A DNA stretch of 64,000 bases, taken from an uncultured delta proteobacterium (GTDB lineage: Bacteria; Desulfobacterota; Binatia; Binatales; Binataceae). The position numbers and the translations under genes are program-made. Numbering within the stretch: the first letter of the stretch is position 1; each line of letters begins with the position of its first letter. The notes beneath the pieces are model-generated. The model did no database searches. It had not been told where the DNA came from and worked only from the letters and a program-made list of their open reading frames with translations. Shown here piece by piece: positions 61,498 through 64,000 of the stretch. The stretch covers positions 1,984,001 to 2,048,000 of the forward strand of contig CAWEEQ010000004.1 in the NCBI GenBank assembly GCA_963808235.1, in the 5' to 3' direction.

Positions 61498-61836
61498 TCA
61501 GATCATTTCCTTGATCAACTTGCCGCTGCGCGCCTTCTCGACGGTGGCGTCGAATTTCGATCCGAGATCGACGCCCATCTCCTTGGCGCGCTTCTTCGCC
61601 CAGAGTCCGACGTTGCGCGAGTCGCGATAATAGGACTCGTCGCGCGGCTTGGACGGGTCGAAGCTCGCGAGCCGGGACGACTCGCTCTCGACCACCGCGA
61701 ACGACGACATCACGCGCTTCAAGCGCGTCGACCCGCAATCCGGACACAGTGGACGCTCGCGCCGGCGTGGCGATCCCATCACCACGTGCGAACTCACCAC
61801 CCGGCATCGCGCGCACTCGTACTCAAATATGGGCAT
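61498..61836 (-). CDS. FmdB-family zinc-ribbon protein
   Basis: MPIFEYECARC...CPDCGS...RVMS. Confidence 0.85.
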   Translation of the reverse strand: MPIFEYECARCRVVSSHVVMGSPRRRERPLCPDCGSTRLKRVMSSFAVVESESSRLASFDPSKPRDESYYRDSRNVGLWAKKRAKEMGVDLGSKFDATVEKARSGKLIKEMI

Positions 61837-61897
61837 CTGGATCGCAAGGATATCCCGCGCGCAGCACGCTCGCAATTCGGGGCCAAAGACGAGCGGG

Positions 61898-62170
61898 TCA
61901 CGATGAAGTCTGGCTGGTGTCGTCGTGTTTGGGTGGCGAGACGGGCCGCCAGCTCTCGCGAACGTCGAGGACCGGGCCTGCGAGCGGATTGCCGATCATG
62001 AACAGCAGGCCGATTGCGCCGACCACAAGACCGCATCCGAGCCACCAGAGCGACCGGTACTCGACGCCGAGCGCGAGCATCGCGAGCGCCCAGAGCGGGA
62101 TTATCAGAGATACGACGAAGCGCATCAGCGCGCTTATCGCATGCTCAGCCTGTTCCGCCGGGTCAGCCAT
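61898..62170 (-). CDS. Small two-TM hypothetical protein
   Basis: Two hydrophobic segments; tightly packed between co-oriented genes. Confidence 0.55.
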   Translation of the reverse strand: MADPAEQAEHAISALMRFVVSLIIPLWALAMLALGVEYRSLWWLGCGLVVGAIGLLFMIGNPLAGPVLDVRESWRPVSPPKHDDTSQTSS

Positions 62171-62178
62171 CGATCTCT

Positions 62179-63933
62179 CTATTTAGCGGCTCCGGGCGAA
62201 ATTTCAAATAGCGCCGGCGGCCCTCCGCCACCGATCAGATTAGATTGCGCGACGTGCTTTAGTCGTGCGCGATATTCCGGCGCCATCGCATTCAGGTCGC
62301 GCGGCGTCGCGAGCAGGTAGACGGGTTTTCCAGCGGGAGGATTCGCGCATCGGTGATCACTGAGATCAGGTACTGCCGCGCCGTAATAGTAGGACAGCTC
62401 GTAATTGATTCCAGACGCGATACACAACTGATCGCCTTTGACACGTTCCGCAACGACTGGAACGAAACTCTTCACACTGCGCATTTCGGCGAGACGGGGC
62501 CGCATCGTGATGGTCCAGAACAGACAGAGAACAAGCGCGCTGAGACCGAATGCAATGCCGCTTCCGAGCGCACTGCGTAACGGGCGCCGGACCAGGATCA
62601 ATATTTCGATAGAGGCGGCGACTATCCAAACGGCGAACAATGCGGAGATGGGCGCCTCCGACCAAGCTACAGATTTGAAGATCGCGTAGTAGGCGGAGTC
62701 GCTCGACTGAAGTTTTACCTGCGGTGCATGGTCAGAAAAAAATGCGATGAAAAGAATCGCGAAGATTGGGCCGAATACAAATGCTGCGACGAGTATGTCG
62801 CGCAACTTCGCAGCGGCGGCGCGTACTCCGTTGAATGTGAATGCGGACGCGCACAGGATCGCGATTCCTGGCAGCGCGGGCAGGATATAGTCGTCGCGCT
62901 TGACGCTCGCGATCGAGAAAAAGATCAGCACCGCCAGTGGCATGCTCGCCTGATAGATCACCGCACGACGCTTTTCGTCGGCAAGCCCATTGGAGGCCAA
63001 AGCGAGCAGCGCAGGCGGCACCAGGAGCGTCATCGGAAACGCGCCGCCCAGCAGTCGCGCGGCGATAAAATAGAAAGGCCGATAACTCTCGCCGGTGCCG
63101 CCAAGCTGGTCGGGCATGAAGTGGCCGAGATTCTCGGCGAAGATGATCCGCAGGATCTTTTGCCCGCCGACGATCGACGCAGGCACGTACCAGACCGCGC
63201 CGAACACGACGACCGTTCCTAACACCTGCCACGGCCAGCGCTCGCGTATGAGCGGGAGCGGGCTTCGGCGCATGAAGATCAGATAGAGCAACGCGGACAG
63301 CGCGCACAGGATGATCGCGACCGGGCCCTTGGTCAGAACTCCGAGACCAAGGATCACGCCAACAAGGATCGTTCGGCGCGGTGAGCCGCGTGCGGGCTCG
63401 TCGAGCAGCGGAAAAATCAGCGAATAGGAGGCGAAGAGCAGAAGCGTCAGGAGCATGTCGGTCAGCGCCTCGGTCGCGCGCGACGCAAATCCGTAGGTGC
63501 CGAGGAGAAAGGCGAACGCGAGCCATCCTTCGAGCGCGCCGACGTTTGCGGCGGTCCACGCGAGTAAGCAAACCGCGAGCGCGGTGCCCGCGGCCAGGGA
63601 GACCGCTCGGGCGCGAACTTCGTCAACCGTGCCGCCGCTGAGTTTTGCGACCGTTGCGGAGAGCCAATAGAAAAGTGGCGGCTTGCGGTCGATATAGCCG
63701 TATGCATCGCGCGGGATCAGCCAGTGGCCGTCGCGCACGATGCTCTGAATCCATTGCGCGGATTGCGGTTCCGCGTCCTTTTGAAACGGTGCGCTGATTC
63801 CCTGGGCTAGAATAATTAGCGCGAACAATGCTGCGGCCACGAGTATTGCGGGTCGGATGCTCGCGGGACGCGTCGCGGCATGCGGCTCGTCGATAGTCAC
63901 GGACGGCGCGCCGTCGCGATTGGCTTGAGCCAT
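62179..63933 (-). CDS. ArnT/PMT-like GT-C membrane glycosyltransferase
   Basis: DAEP, KPPLFYW, LTKGP, KRDDYILPALP and many TM segments. Confidence 0.85.
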   Translation of the reverse strand: MAQANRDGAPSVTIDEPHAATRPASIRPAILVAAALFALIILAQGISAPFQKDAEPQSAQWIQSIVRDGHWLIPRDAYGYIDRKPPLFYWLSATVAKLSGGTVDEVRARAVSLAAGTALAVCLLAWTAANVGALEGWLAFAFLLGTYGFASRATEALTDMLLTLLLFASYSLIFPLLDEPARGSPRRTILVGVILGLGVLTKGPVAIILCALSALLYLIFMRRSPLPLIRERWPWQVLGTVVVFGAVWYVPASIVGGQKILRIIFAENLGHFMPDQLGGTGESYRPFYFIAARLLGGAFPMTLLVPPALLALASNGLADEKRRAVIYQASMPLAVLIFFSIASVKRDDYILPALPGIAILCASAFTFNGVRAAAAKLRDILVAAFVFGPIFAILFIAFFSDHAPQVKLQSSDSAYYAIFKSVAWSEAPISALFAVWIVAASIEILILVRRPLRSALGSGIAFGLSALVLCLFWTITMRPRLAEMRSVKSFVPVVAERVKGDQLCIASGINYELSYYYGAAVPDLSDHRCANPPAGKPVYLLATPRDLNAMAPEYRARLKHVAQSNLIGGGGPPALFEISPGAAK

Positions 63934-64000
63934 AGATGATGCAGTCCTCGAACCGCGTCGAAGCTCGCTACTTGCATCGAGGCGGCGTTGTGCGCATAGC

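Overview
High-GC bacterial chromosomal window. Gene content suggests a Candidatus Binatota-like soil or peat organism, but this is inference only. Most of it is housekeeping and metabolic: a class III PHA locus (phaE-like, phaC, phasin-like) divergent from a Crp/Fnr regulator and hydrolase; a MocR/PNPOx/GNAT cluster; a DprE1/DprE2-like pair; korAB, acyP, ligA, pduO, accBC, aroQ, rsmI, purU; and an 11-subunit complex I operon (nuoABCDHIJKLMN) with no nuoEFG. Three genes have single +1 frameshifts at GGG/CCC runs, most likely sequencing errors. The most unusual signal is non-coding. A modular family of palindromic REP-like units is reshuffled into composite elements at about 20.7, 37.3, 40.9, 43.1 and 43.9-44.6 kb. 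One of these is an inverted ~170-bp multi-hairpin element with compensatory stem changes, a nested insertion and a junction that appears to truncate a small gene. A perfect parS palindrome sits at 21037-21052 next to two GAAC-N7-GAAT boxes. I saw no tRNA, rRNA, CRISPR array, integrase or transposase. All calls come from reading motifs by eye; no searches were run.
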